Below are positions 9,912 to 18,610 of a stretch of DNA of 64,000 nt, piece by piece (position 1 is the first letter of the stretch; each line of letters begins with the position of its first letter). The DNA comes from Desulfosudis oleivorans. GTDB taxonomy: Bacteria; Desulfobacterota; Desulfobacteria; Desulfobacterales; SURF-7. The stretch lies in contig DYJD01000002.1 of NCBI GenBank assembly GCA_020723325.1, forward strand, positions 159,629 to 223,628. The letters run 5' to 3'. The notes beneath the pieces were generated by a model. That model was given only the letters and a program-made list of their open reading frames with translations, did not search any database and was not told the origin of the DNA. Both the position numbers and the translations under genes were made by a program.

Positions 9912-10745
9912 ATGCAGGCCAGGTCGGAAGGCCTGCGCCGACAAGGCAAGACCATTGTTTTTGTGCCCACCATGGGTTTTCTGCATGCCGGGCATGCCGC
10001 GCTGTTGCAGGAAGGCCGGGCCTTGGGGGATGATCTGGTGCTGAGCATATTCGTGAATCCCACCCAGTTCGGACCGACCGAAGATTTTGAAGCCTATCCG
10101 CGGGACATGGAACGGGATCTTGCCTTGGCCGCCCAGGCCGGCGTGGATGCGGTTTTTACACCCGATCGATCCGAGCTGTACGGAAATGATTATGAGACTT
10201 ATGTGCAACTGGAAAAGCTGCCCCAGCATTTATGCGGCCTTTCCCGGCCCACCCATTTCCGGGGGGTGGCCACGGTGGTCACCAAGCTGTTCCATATCGT
10301 CAAGCCCCATATCGCTGTTTTCGGGCAAAAGGACTATCAACAACTGGCCGTCATCCGCCGCATGGTTCGCGACCTGAATTTTGATATCGAGATCCGGGGG
10401 CTGGCCACGGTGCGGGAAGCGGACGGGCTGGCCATGAGCTCCCGGAACACCTATCTTTCACCTGCCCAGCGCCAAAGGGCCGTCTGCCTCTATCAGGCAT
10501 TGACCAATGCCGCTGAAATGGTTAAGAACGGAGAAAGATCCGCGGCAACGGTCATGGCAGCGGCCCGCAATCTGATTTCAGCCCAGGCGGAAGCCCGTAT
10601 CGATTACATTTCCATTTGCCATCCGGATTCCCTGGAAGAAATGGAAAACATCGCGGGCCCCGCACTCATGGCCCTGGCGGTTTTTTTCGGAAAAACCCGT
10701 TTGATCGACAATATGATATTGAAACCGGAAAAGGGTGCCGGCTGA
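9912..10745 (+). CDS. panC: pantoate--beta-alanine ligase
   Basis: [19 protein letters not shown] (HIGH-type motif), VNPTQFGP and GLAMSSRN. The true start may lie upstream at a near-cognate codon (see findings). Confidence 0.9.
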   Translation: MQARSEGLRRQGKTIVFVPTMGFLHAGHAALLQEGRALGDDLVLSIFVNPTQFGPTEDFEAYPRDMERDLALAAQAGVDAVFTPDRSELYGNDYETYVQLEKLPQHLCGLSRPTHFRGVATVVTKLFHIVKPHIAVFGQKDYQQLAVIRRMVRDLNFDIEIRGLATVREADGLAMSSRNTYLSPAQRQRAVCLYQALTNAAEMVKNGERSAATVMAAARNLISAQAEARIDYISICHPDSLEEMENIAGPALMALAVFFGKTRLIDNMILKPEKGAG

Positions 10746-10786
10746 TCATTCAGTTCCTCACCCGACCAAGACCCAAAGGAGAGTTT

Positions 10787-11956
10787 ATGAACAAAGACAG
10801 TTATCTATTTACTTCAGAATCGGTCACCGAAGGCCATCCGGACAAGGTTGCCGATGCCATTTCAGACTCGATCCTGGACGCCATCATGGCCAAGGACAAG
10901 AAATGCCGCGTGGCCTGCGAAACCCTGGTCACTACCGGCATCGCCTTTATCGCCGGTGAAATATCAACGGAATGTTACGTGGATATGCCCCAGATCGTGC
11001 GGGACACCATTAAGGAAATCGGCTATCACTCCTCCCAGATGGGCTTTGACTGGCGCACCTGCTCGGTGATCACCAGTATCGACCATCAATCCGAAGACAT
11101 TGCCCAGGGGGTTGACCCCAGTCAAGGCCTTTTCAAGGAGCAAGGCGCCGGCGATCAGGGTTTGATGTTCGGTTATGCCACGGACGAAACCCCGGAATTG
11201 ATGCCCATGCCCATCATGTACGCCCATAAGCTCACCAAGCGCCTGGCCAAGGTACGCAAAAACGGGGCCCTTGATTTTCTACGGCCGGACGGCAAATCCC
11301 AGGTCACCATTCAGTATGAAGGTGACGAACCCAAACGGGTGGACACGGTGGTGGTCTCCACCCAGCATAAACCGGACATTACCTATGAAGATCTCAAGGA
11401 AGCCGTCATCGAGGAAGTCATCAAAAAAGTCATCCCGTTGGAAATGACCGACGGCGACACCCGCTATTTCATCAATCCCACCGGCCGCTTCGTCATCGGC
11501 GGCCCCATGGGCGACTGCGGTCTGACCGGCAGGAAGATCATCGTGGACACTTACGGCGGACAGGGCCGCCACGGCGGCGGGTGTTTTTCCGGCAAGGACC
11601 CTTCCAAGGTGGATCGTAGTGCCGCATACATGGGCCGTTATATCGCCAAGAACATCGTGGCAGCCGGCCTGGCCAGAAAATGCGAAATCCAGGTGGCCTA
11701 TGCCATCGGCGTGGCCCAGCCGGTTTCCATCCTGGTGAACACCATGGGCACGGAGAAAATCCCGCGGAATAAAATCGCCCAGATCGTGGGCGAGGTCTTT
11801 GACCTGCGGCCGGCGGCCATTATTGAAAAGCTAGATCTGCTGCGGCCCATCTATCGTAAAACCGCGGCTTACGGTCATTTCGGCCGTTCGGAGCCGGAAT
11901 TCACCTGGGAAAAAACCGATATGGTGGATATTCTTAAGGGGAAGGCCGGATTGTAA
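10787..11956 (+). CDS. metK: S-adenosylmethionine synthetase
   Basis: ATG 10787 after AAAGGAGAG. Motifs: [32 protein letters not shown] and [19 protein letters not shown]. Confidence 0.95.
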   Translation: MNKDSYLFTSESVTEGHPDKVADAISDSILDAIMAKDKKCRVACETLVTTGIAFIAGEISTECYVDMPQIVRDTIKEIGYHSSQMGFDWRTCSVITSIDHQSEDIAQGVDPSQGLFKEQGAGDQGLMFGYATDETPELMPMPIMYAHKLTKRLAKVRKNGALDFLRPDGKSQVTIQYEGDEPKRVDTVVVSTQHKPDITYEDLKEAVIEEVIKKVIPLEMTDGDTRYFINPTGRFVIGGPMGDCGLTGRKIIVDTYGGQGRHGGGCFSGKDPSKVDRSAAYMGRYIAKNIVAAGLARKCEIQVAYAIGVAQPVSILVNTMGTEKIPRNKIAQIVGEVFDLRPAAIIEKLDLLRPIYRKTAAYGHFGRSEPEFTWEKTDMVDILKGKAGL

Positions 11957-11963
11957 AGATATA

Positions 11964-11986
11964 GGCTGAAGACTGAAAGGCTGAAG
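11964..11986 (+). repeat. GCTGAAG-type heptamer array immediately after the metK stop
   Basis: GGCTGAA GACTGAA AGGCTGAAG, beginning 8 nt after the TAA stop. Confidence 0.7.
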
Positions 11987-12000
11987 TAAAATGGATTGGA

Positions 12001-12044
12001 GGGGCGATGAAACCGGTTTGGGTTTCTCGCCCCTTTGAATTTTT
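12001..12044 (+). terminator. putative rho-independent terminator of panC-metK
   Basis: GGGGCGA (12001-12007) pairs with TCGCCCC (12027-12033), with an inner AAACC/GGTTT pairing, and is followed by TTTGAATTTTT. Confidence 0.55.
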
Positions 12045-12159
12045 AATCATTCAGAACAAATAGTTTTTTGCGCCCCATTAAAGACCTTTGAAAACATGTC
12101 TGCGGGTTGGTCCTCATGGACGGATTTCCATTCGAGATAGCCGCCATTCTTATTGGCGA

Positions 12160-12207
12160 TATCCGTTCCCGATACCGACCCCGAAAAAAGCTACATACAA
12201 TCCCCCT
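12160..12207 (+). repeat. solo right arm of the hexamer-arm element (GATACCGACCCCGAAAAAAGCTACATACAATCCCC)
   Basis: It matches the right termini of the elements at 34031-34083 and 62317-62380 (..GACCCCGAAAAACCACATGCGATTGCC). Confidence 0.6.
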
Positions 12208-12221
12208 GAGTTGAATTCCAG

Positions 12222-12271
12222 TTGACAAAAGACCTAAGAGAATTTATCATATCAATAAATCTAGATATGAT
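12222..12271 (+). promoter_or_regulatory. sigma70-like promoter plus 8-10-8 palindromic operator upstream of sahR
   Basis: TTGACA (12222-12227), 17-nt spacer, TATCAT (12245-12250). The inverted repeat ATCATATC (12246-12253) / GATATGAT (12264-12271) overlaps the -10 and ends 3 nt before the ATG. Confidence 0.5.
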
Positions 12272-12274
12272 GAT

Positions 12275-13192
12275 ATGAAAACCATTACGTATTTAAAAGC
12301 ACTTTCCGACGAAACCCGCCTGCGGCTGGTGAATGTTCTAAGATTTCATGAGCTGAGCGTCAATGAAATGGTCAAGCTCATGGAAATGGGGCAGTCCCGC
12401 ATCTCCCGCCATCTTCAGATCTTGCTCGCAGCCGGGTTTCTACGCTGCCGCAGGGACGGGGCCTGGGCTTTTTATGGTGTGGATCCGGAGGGCGAGGCTT
12501 CCCAACTTACAACGGCCCTTGGGTTCCTGTTGAAAGACGAGCCCATGCTGCTGTCGGATTGCAGGCGGGCCGAGCGCCTGGTGGAAGACCGGCGCCTGAA
12601 GACCATTCAGTTTTTTGACACCATTGCACCGGGCTGGGACCTGCTCAAACAGGAGATCATGGGCGGCATGGATCTGAACCGGGCCATCCTGGAAGTACTT
12701 CCGGCCCGGGCCATCCTGGTGGATCTCGGCTGCGGCACCGGCGACTTTCTATGGGCAGCCGCCAAAAAGGCGCGCAAGGTCATCGGCGTGGACAGTTCCG
12801 CAAAGATGTTGGACCTGGCCCGGCGGCGCTTTCAAGGCGATAAAGGCAACACCGAATTGCGCCTGGGGGAATTGGAACACCTGCCCCTGGGGGACGGTGA
12901 GGCGGATTGCGCGGTTATTTCCATGGTGCTGCACCACGTTTCAGACCCGGTTACAGCCGTCCGGGAAATCCGGCGCATCCTTGGACCCGGCGGCCGATTG
13001 ATCATCGCCGAGCTGGACAAACACCAAAGTGAGGAAATGCGCCGGAAATACGGCGACCGCTGGCTAGGTTTCAGCCCCAAGGAAATGGAACGCTACTTAC
13101 ACGCCGGCCGTTTCAGACTGGAAAGCATGCAGGCCTTTGCCCTGCAAAAAGAGCTTGTGCTGAATTTATATCAAGCAATCAAAACCAAATGA
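12275..13192 (+). CDS. sahR: ArsR-family HTH fused to a SAM-methyltransferase-like sensor domain (SahR-type regulator of the methyl cycle)
   Basis: N-terminus [40 protein letters not shown] (ArsR wHTH). C-terminus [11 protein letters not shown] and GGRLIIAE (class I MTase fold). It sits between metK and ahcY, as described for SahR in Deltaproteobacteria. Confidence 0.75.
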   Translation: MKTITYLKALSDETRLRLVNVLRFHELSVNEMVKLMEMGQSRISRHLQILLAAGFLRCRRDGAWAFYGVDPEGEASQLTTALGFLLKDEPMLLSDCRRAERLVEDRRLKTIQFFDTIAPGWDLLKQEIMGGMDLNRAILEVLPARAILVDLGCGTGDFLWAAAKKARKVIGVDSSAKMLDLARRRFQGDKGNTELRLGELEHLPLGDGEADCAVISMVLHHVSDPVTAVREIRRILGPGGRLIIAELDKHQSEEMRRKYGDRWLGFSPKEMERYLHAGRFRLESMQAFALQKELVLNLYQAIKTK

Positions 13193-13208
13193 ATTAAAGG
13201 AGAATACC

Positions 13209-14648
13209 ATGGCAACATCCCGTGAAACCTTTCAAGAACTTGATTTGTCCCTGCCCCATAAAGTGGCTGATATTTCCCTGGCGGATTTCGGCAACAAGGA
13301 AATGCAGTTGGCGGAAAATGAAATGCCCGGGCTGATGTCCGTGCGTAGCAAATATGGTCCGCAAAAGCCCCTCAAAGGCCTCAAGATCATGGGCAGTCTG
13401 CACATGACCATCCAGACCGCCATGCTCATCGAAACCCTGCGGGAATTGGGCGCCGATATCCGCTGGGCCACCTGCAACATCTTCTCCACCCAGGACCATG
13501 CCGCCGCCGCCATTGCCCATAACAAGTCCGCGGCGGTGTTCGCCTGGAAAGGCGAGACCCTGCCGGAATTCTGGTGGTGCACGGAGCAGGCCCTGCTCTG
13601 GCCCGACGGCAGTGGCCCGGACCTGATCGTGGATGACGGCGGCGACGCCACCTTGTTTGTGCATCAGGGGGTGGCGGTTGAAAATGATCCATCCCTGTTG
13701 AAGCAGGAGTATAAAAATCCGGATATGCGCTGCCTGATGGACCGGCTGGCGGCCTCGTATAAACGTGACCCCAAGTGCTGGACCAAGATTGCCGCCAAGA
13801 TCCGCGGCGTTTCCGAGGAAACCACCACCGGCGTTCACCGCCTGTATCACCTGGCCAAGGAAGGCAAGCTGCTGTTCCCGGCCATCAATGTGAACGATTC
13901 GGTCACCAAATCAAAATTCGACAATCTCTACGGCTGCCGGGAATCTTTGGCCGACGGCATCAAACGGGCGACAGACATCATGATCGCCGGCAAAGTGGCC
14001 GTGGTCTGCGGTTACGGCGATGTGGGCAAGGGCTGCGCCCAATCCATGCGCGGGTTCGGCGCCCGGGTGATCATCACCGAGGTGGACCCCATCTGCGCTC
14101 TGCAGGCCGCCATGGAAGGTTACGAGGTCTTGACCATGGACGCGGCGGCTGCTGTGGGCGACATTTTCATCACCGCCACCGGCTGCATCGACGTGATCAC
14201 CGGAGCCCATATGGAACGGATGAAAAACGAGGCCATCATCTGCAACATCGGCCATTTTGACAACGAGATCCAGATGAATTATCTCCAGGCTAATCCGGCC
14301 TGCCAGAAAATCAACATCAAACCCCAGGTGGACAAATGGATCCTGCCCTCGGGAAAAGCCCTGGTGGTCCTAGCCGAAGGCCGGCTGGTGAACCTGGGCT
14401 GCGCCACCGGCCATCCCAGCTTTGTCATGAGCAACAGCTTCACCAATCAGTGCCTGGCCCAGATGGAACTGGCGGCCAAGCAGTTGGAGAAAAAGGTCTA
14501 CACCCTGCCCAAATCCCTGGACGAGGAAGTAGCCCGACTGCACCTGGAAAGACTGGGCGCGCACCTGACCAGGCTGACCCGGTCCCAGGCGGATTACTTG
14601 GGCGTGTCGGTGGACGGACCTTTTAAGCCAGATCATTATCGCTACTAG
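13209..14648 (+). CDS. ahcY: adenosylhomocysteinase
   Basis: 479 aa. Motifs: [39 protein letters not shown] (NAD site) and HFDNEI. Confidence 0.95.
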   Translation: MATSRETFQELDLSLPHKVADISLADFGNKEMQLAENEMPGLMSVRSKYGPQKPLKGLKIMGSLHMTIQTAMLIETLRELGADIRWATCNIFSTQDHAAAAIAHNKSAAVFAWKGETLPEFWWCTEQALLWPDGSGPDLIVDDGGDATLFVHQGVAVENDPSLLKQEYKNPDMRCLMDRLAASYKRDPKCWTKIAAKIRGVSEETTTGVHRLYHLAKEGKLLFPAINVNDSVTKSKFDNLYGCRESLADGIKRATDIMIAGKVAVVCGYGDVGKGCAQSMRGFGARVIITEVDPICALQAAMEGYEVLTMDAAAAVGDIFITATGCIDVITGAHMERMKNEAIICNIGHFDNEIQMNYLQANPACQKINIKPQVDKWILPSGKALVVLAEGRLVNLGCATGHPSFVMSNSFTNQCLAQMELAAKQLEKKVYTLPKSLDEEVARLHLERLGAHLTRLTRSQADYLGVSVDGPFKPDHYRY

Positions 14649-14662
14649 CGTAATCGCCATAC

Positions 14663-14709
14663 GATGCAATATGGGATCGGGGTTACGGGATACTAGATGC
14701 AAGATACGT
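14663..14709 (+). repeat. GAT-phased heptamer array after the ahcY stop
   Basis: GAT triplets at 14675, 14689, 14696 and 14703 are spaced in multiples of 7 (GATCGGG GTTACGG GATACTA GATGCAA GATACGT). Confidence 0.6.
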
Positions 14710-14913
14710 GTACAGACCGGATTGCACCTGGACCACCGATCCCTTGTTCATGATGGTCGGGGCTGAATACTGCTTCGATTACAACTACTATCTGGGAGCA
14801 TCCCAGAAAATGACAAGCATCAAGGAGGCCGTGGTCTGGCCGGCGAAATATTCATCGTGAGGAGATCGTGATTGATAACACGACTAATTATTCAAATTAA
14901 ATGATTATTTATT

Positions 14914-15276
14914 GTGGAAACATTGAACAAAACCATCAAAAGCTTCGTAAAAAAAAGAATTAATTGGAAATGGATCCGTTGCCTGACATTAGTAGCATCA
15001 TTTTTTAGTATAGGATTAATGGTTTTTTTTGTGAATGCTATCAACAAAGTTAATACCGCAGAAGTTTATCTCGTTAATAATTTTAATATTGATGCAGTAC
15101 AGCAATATATAGATTGCAGAATAGTGTACTCACAGCTAAAAGTAAAGGCACTCATTTTCGGTATTATTTCTGGAGGTATTGGATTTTCAATGTTAATTCT
15201 TACTTTAGCAAAATGGAATAATCATTCATATACTACTAGCAAATCTGGGTTGGATCAAAAAAAAACAGAGGAATAA
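14914..15276 (+). CDS. hypothetical two-TM membrane protein (AT-rich insert)
   Basis: GTG-initiated 120-aa ORF in a markedly AT-rich stretch. It has two hydrophobic helices and no family motif. Its 3' end overlaps the decayed nuclease gene. Confidence 0.35.
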   Translation: METLNKTIKSFVKKRINWKWIRCLTLVASFFSIGLMVFFVNAINKVNTAEVYLVNNFNIDAVQQYIDCRIVYSQLKVKALIFGIISGGIGFSMLILTLAKWNNHSYTTSKSGLDQKKTEE

Positions 15277-15823
15277 AACTCGCAGCGTCCGGTGGTCGGC
15301 TGGTCGTGCCAGCACTAAGTGGTGAGTTGACCTTTGCCTCCATCGGGACGAGCGCGAGATGGCTGCTCCATGCCGAGGCGTCGAACTGCGTGTTGCCTTC
15401 TCTCGTCGAGAGTGACGGTGGCGGTGAGACGCTTGTCCAGAAATCGAGCCGGACGGCACCGTCCGGGATCTCCGCGATCAAGGCCTCGTTCACTGCCCTC
15501 TTCAAGCCATTCTCAAGCACCCGACGGAACCACCCATGTGGACCGCGACGTTCCATCGTCCTCAACGAACTCCATGTTGCGGCGTCCTCAGAGTTGGCCG
15601 ATGCCAGGCGAGGCACGTTCCCGTATAGGTTTTGAAACGATCCGATTCCGCCTTCCTGATAAGGTCGGGGTGGTGTCGATCCTCTTCGAGGACGATCATG
15701 CGATCCCCGTACTTGAGGAAGACCGGGACCGCTCCCGGCTTCAAGATCCCGACACCGTCGTCAAGCAGGATCCTCTCGCCGTCCCACTGGAACCGCGGTT
15801 TCTCCAAAGGTGAGAGACGTCAT
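15236..15823 (-). pseudogene. frameshifted PD-(D/E)XK nuclease-like gene remnant
   Basis: Three consecutive minus-strand frames join to one reading: MTSLTFG|EKPRFQWDGERILLDDG..DRFKTYTGT|..ANSEDAATWSSLRTMERRG..TQFDASAWSSHLALVPMEAKVNSP. SEDAxTW and D..EAK resemble restriction-endonuclease-like families. At least two frameshifts are needed, near 15805 and 15600. Confidence 0.45.
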
Positions 15824-15899
15824 GCCGTGCGCCTCTTGAAAGACGGCAACGATAAGTGCGCTGTACTGCAAATAGGTCTCGCAAATCAGAACAGCCTCA

Positions 15900-16187
15900 T
15901 TAGGCGAAAGCGCGGACCTGACGCTTGATTTTGTCAGCACCTCGCATTGCCTGCCAAAGATCATACTGCGCCTGCTGCATGATCCAGCTTTCAGCACTGC
16001 CACCGAACGCCGCTGACAATCGTATTGCCATTTCTGGCGATATTCCTCGGCGGCCATTTAACAACTCAGACAACGACGAGCGTGATACGCCTAAGCCTTT
16101 GGCCGCCTCGGTGACCGACAACCCTAAAGGTTCTATACAAAATTCCCGAACGGCTTCTCCGGGGTGTGGTGGATTATGCATAACCAT
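15900..16187 (-). CDS. higA: HigA-family antitoxin (XRE-type HTH)
   Basis: [55 protein letters not shown] is the classic HigA/VapI HTH. It lies 11 nt downstream of higB. Confidence 0.85.
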   Translation of the reverse strand: MVMHNPPHPGEAVREFCIEPLGLSVTEAAKGLGVSRSSLSELLNGRRGISPEMAIRLSAAFGGSAESWIMQQAQYDLWQAMRGADKIKRQVRAFA

Positions 16188-16198
16188 AATGTTGCTCC

Positions 16199-16477
16199 TT
16201 AATGGTAATCCAAATAATCTACGTCTATGGCATGGCCGTTATCAAACCGGAATATAACCCGCCAGTTGCCGGATACAGACACGCTCCAAAAGCCTTTTAA
16301 TGAACCTTTCAACGGATGCAGTTCAAGACCGGGAAGGTTCATATCCTCGATGGCGGCACAGGCATCAAGCCTTGCCAATATCAAACGAAGCCTGGCGGCA
16401 TGTTCCGGCTTAACGCCTTGCTTGCTTCCCGTCTCATAAAGTTTCTTCAGCCCCTTGTGCTTGAAGTTTTTAATCAT
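16199..16477 (-). CDS. higB: HigB-type toxin (RelE/ParE superfamily, killer protein)
   Basis: 92 aa: [43 protein letters not shown]. The order is toxin first, antitoxin second. Confidence 0.85.
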   Translation of the reverse strand: MIKNFKHKGLKKLYETGSKQGVKPEHAARLRLILARLDACAAIEDMNLPGLELHPLKGSLKGFWSVSVSGNWRVIFRFDNGHAIDVDYLDYH

Positions 16478-16482
16478 AACCT

Positions 16483-16511
16483 ATTGTAGCCAGTAGCGCG
16501 ACACATGTCAA
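16483..16511 (-). promoter_or_regulatory. sigma70-like promoter of higBA (near-leaderless)
   Basis: On the minus strand: TTGACA (16511-16506), 17-nt spacer, TACAAT (16488-16483), with only 5 nt between the -10 and the ATG at 16477. The 11-bp direct repeat ATGTCAATCTG occurs at 16505-16515 and 16551-16561. Confidence 0.5.
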
Positions 16512-16588
16512 TCTGTTTTTTAATAAGTCCGTTGAAATCAGATGTCAATCTGAGACGGATCTGAGTCCTAAGGGAGCTTGAAAATTTT

Positions 16589-16738
16589 AATTTACCGTTT
16601 TAGTCAATGTCGTGCTCGTGCTCGTGCTCAGCGAAGCGGTACTCGTAATCGAACGGCAAATTTGAATAACACATAAGGAGCCGATTACGAGTACGAGTAC
16701 GAGCACGAGCACGAGCACGAGCACAAAAACGGTAAATT
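16589..16738. repeat. 150-bp hairpin element with (GAGCAC)n/(GAGTAC)n hexamer arms
   Basis: Left arm AATTTACCGTTTT..GTCGTGCTCGTGCTCGTGCTC..GTACTCGTAATCG. Right arm CGATTACGAGTACGAGTACGAGCACGAGCACGAGCACGAGCACAAAAACGGTAAATT. The termini are exact reverse complements. Confidence 0.8.
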
Positions 16739-16783
16739 GGATTTTCCCACATCCCTAGGGACAATGACACGAAAAAGCCTAAC

Positions 16784-16915
16784 ATCCATATCCCGTATCT
16801 ATCCTTTCTTATTTCGCCCCCGATCCCGTTAGCTTTCCCGTATCTTCAGTATCTTCTCTCGACCCCGATACCGATAGCGACCCCGACCCCGATGGTCTCC
16901 CCGCAACCCGCATCC
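16784..16915 (-). repeat. composite heptamer/hexamer element, C-rich orientation (copy 1)
   Basis: ATC-phased heptamers flank GACCCCGATACCGATAGCGACCCCGACCCCGA (16861-16892). The architecture matches 19392-19535 and is the reverse of 18481-18600. Confidence 0.75.
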
Positions 16916-17021
16916 CCTTCCTAATCCGGATTGACTTCCCCCCATAAGCACTTATTTTCAAGTAAATGTTCCATGACGATTGCTGCTGGAATGCTGGTCG
17001 GTTACAAAAGGAGGTGTGATC

Positions 17022-18482
17022 ATGGAAGCGCTGATTAAATTTGAAGAAGTTCAAAAACAAAAAAGCCAGAACGAGCAACTTGAATATCTGGATCGTATAT
17101 TTGCCGCGCAACAAGCCGCCTTTGCCAAAAACCCCATGCCCGGCGCTGATGAACGCATCCGGCTGCTTACTTCTCTGAAACAGGCCCTGCTGAATCATCG
17201 TGAGGCCATCATCGAGGCCATTGACCAGGATTTCGGCGGCCGATCCCGGGATGAAACCTTGCTGGCCGAGATCCTGCCCAGTGTGGAGGGTATCCGCTAT
17301 GCTGTCAAAAATGTCAAAAAATGGATGAAGCCGGCCCGGCGTAAGACCGGCTTAATTTTCCAACCTGCCAAGGTCGGCGTGATTTACCAGCCCCTGGGCG
17401 TGGTGGGCATTATTGTGCCCTGGAATTATCCGGTTTACCTGGCGCTGGGACCTTTGACCTATGCCCTGGCGGCCGGCAACCGCGCCATGATCAAAATGAG
17501 CGAGTTTACCCCTCGCACTGCGGCTGTGATGAAAAAACTGCTGTACAATGCTTTTGAAGAGGAGCAGGTGGCTGTTGTAACCGGCGAAGCCGAAGTGGGG
17601 GCCGCTTTTTCCCAGAAGCCCTGGGATCACCTGCTGTTCACCGGCTCCACCACCGTGGGAAGGCATGTCATGCGGGCCGCGGCGGACAACCTCACCCCCG
17701 TGACCTTGGAACTGGGTGGCAAATCACCGGCCATCATCGGCCCGGATATCCCCTTGAAGGATGCGGCCGAGCGCATCGCCTTCGGCAAGGCTCTCAATGC
17801 GGGCCAGACCTGTGTGGCTCCGGATTATGTCCTGTGCCCCCGCAGCCGCTTGGATGCTTTTGTGGAGGAGTTCAGGGCCGCCTTTAGTCGGATGCATCCG
17901 CAGGTCAAAAACAGCCCCCATTACACCGCCGTGGTGAACCAGCGCCAGCATGAACGTCTGCTGGCCTTGCTCAAGGACGCGGAAACCAAAGGCGCCCGCA
18001 TCGTCAAGCTCGACCCGCCCGCCGAAGATTTCAACATCAACCGCAAAATGCCCATCCATTTACTGATGGGCGTGAACGAATCCATGCGGGTCATGCAGGA
18101 GGAGATCTTCGGCCCGTTGTTGCCCATAATCCCCTACGACACCCTTAAGGATGCCGTGACTTACGTGAATGAGCATCCCCGGCCCCTGGCCCTGTATTAT
18201 TTTGATTACAACCGCGAAAACACGGATTATGTTCTTTCCCGGACCGTTTCCGGCGGCGCGATAGTCAACGACACCCTGGCCCACGTGGCCCAGGACGACT
18301 TGCCCTTTGGCGGCGTCGGACCCTCCGGCATGGGCCAATACCACGGCCATGAAGGCTTCCTGACCTTTTCAAAAGCCAAGGGCGTGATGTACCAGCGGGC
18401 CTTCAACACCACCCGTTTCATCTATCCGCCCTATGGCCGGTTGATCCATCGGTTGATTTATTGGTTGTTTTTAAGAAATTGA
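17022..18482 (+). CDS. NAD(P)-dependent aldehyde dehydrogenase (coniferyl-aldehyde-DH-like subfamily)
   Basis: ATG 17022 after AAAGGAGG. Motifs: LELGGKSP (catalytic Glu), NAGQTCVAPDY (catalytic Cys), EEIFGPLLP and FGGVGPSGMGQYHG. Confidence 0.9.
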   Translation: MEALIKFEEVQKQKSQNEQLEYLDRIFAAQQAAFAKNPMPGADERIRLLTSLKQALLNHREAIIEAIDQDFGGRSRDETLLAEILPSVEGIRYAVKNVKKWMKPARRKTGLIFQPAKVGVIYQPLGVVGIIVPWNYPVYLALGPLTYALAAGNRAMIKMSEFTPRTAAVMKKLLYNAFEEEQVAVVTGEAEVGAAFSQKPWDHLLFTGSTTVGRHVMRAAADNLTPVTLELGGKSPAIIGPDIPLKDAAERIAFGKALNAGQTCVAPDYVLCPRSRLDAFVEEFRAAFSRMHPQVKNSPHYTAVVNQRQHERLLALLKDAETKGARIVKLDPPAEDFNINRKMPIHLLMGVNESMRVMQEEIFGPLLPIIPYDTLKDAVTYVNEHPRPLALYYFDYNRENTDYVLSRTVSGGAIVNDTLAHVAQDDLPFGGVGPSGMGQYHGHEGFLTFSKAKGVMYQRAFNTTRFIYPPYGRLIHRLIYWLFLRN

Positions 18483-18600
18483 TGCGGGATACGAGATCCG
18501 TGATGCGAGATGCGCGGGATTCATCGGGGTCGGGGTCGCTATCGGTATCGGGGTCGAATGCGGGATGCGAGTTACGGGATACGAGATCTGGGATAGTAAA
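18481..18600 (+). repeat. composite heptamer/hexamer element, G-rich orientation (copy 2)
   Basis: GATGCGG GATACGA GATCCGT GATGCGA GATGCGC (18481-18515), then TCGGGGTCGGGGTCGCTATCGGTATCGGGGTCG (18524-18556), then AATGCGG GATGCGA GTTACGG GATACGA GATCTGG GATAG (18557-18596). The first heptamer contains the aldehyde dehydrogenase TGA stop. Confidence 0.8.
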
Positions 18601-18610
18601 CTCAAATCGC

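Noticed and set aside
13194-13850. 218-aa minus-strand ORF overlapping ahcY
   Set aside because: It is an antisense shadow. ahcY on the + strand is unambiguous.
14708-14860. 51-codon GTG-initiated frame (..CTWTTDPLFMMVGAEYCFDYNYYLGASQKMTSIKEAVVWPAKYSS)
   Set aside because: It reads like the C-terminal remnant of a real protein. It is too short, lacks an RBS and shows no recognisable motif, so it is noted only as part of the decayed islet.
18481-18600. Short tandem arrays considered as a possible CRISPR or mini-CRISPR
   Set aside because: The units are 6-9 nt and contiguous, with no unique spacers of 25-40 nt. No cas genes are in the window.
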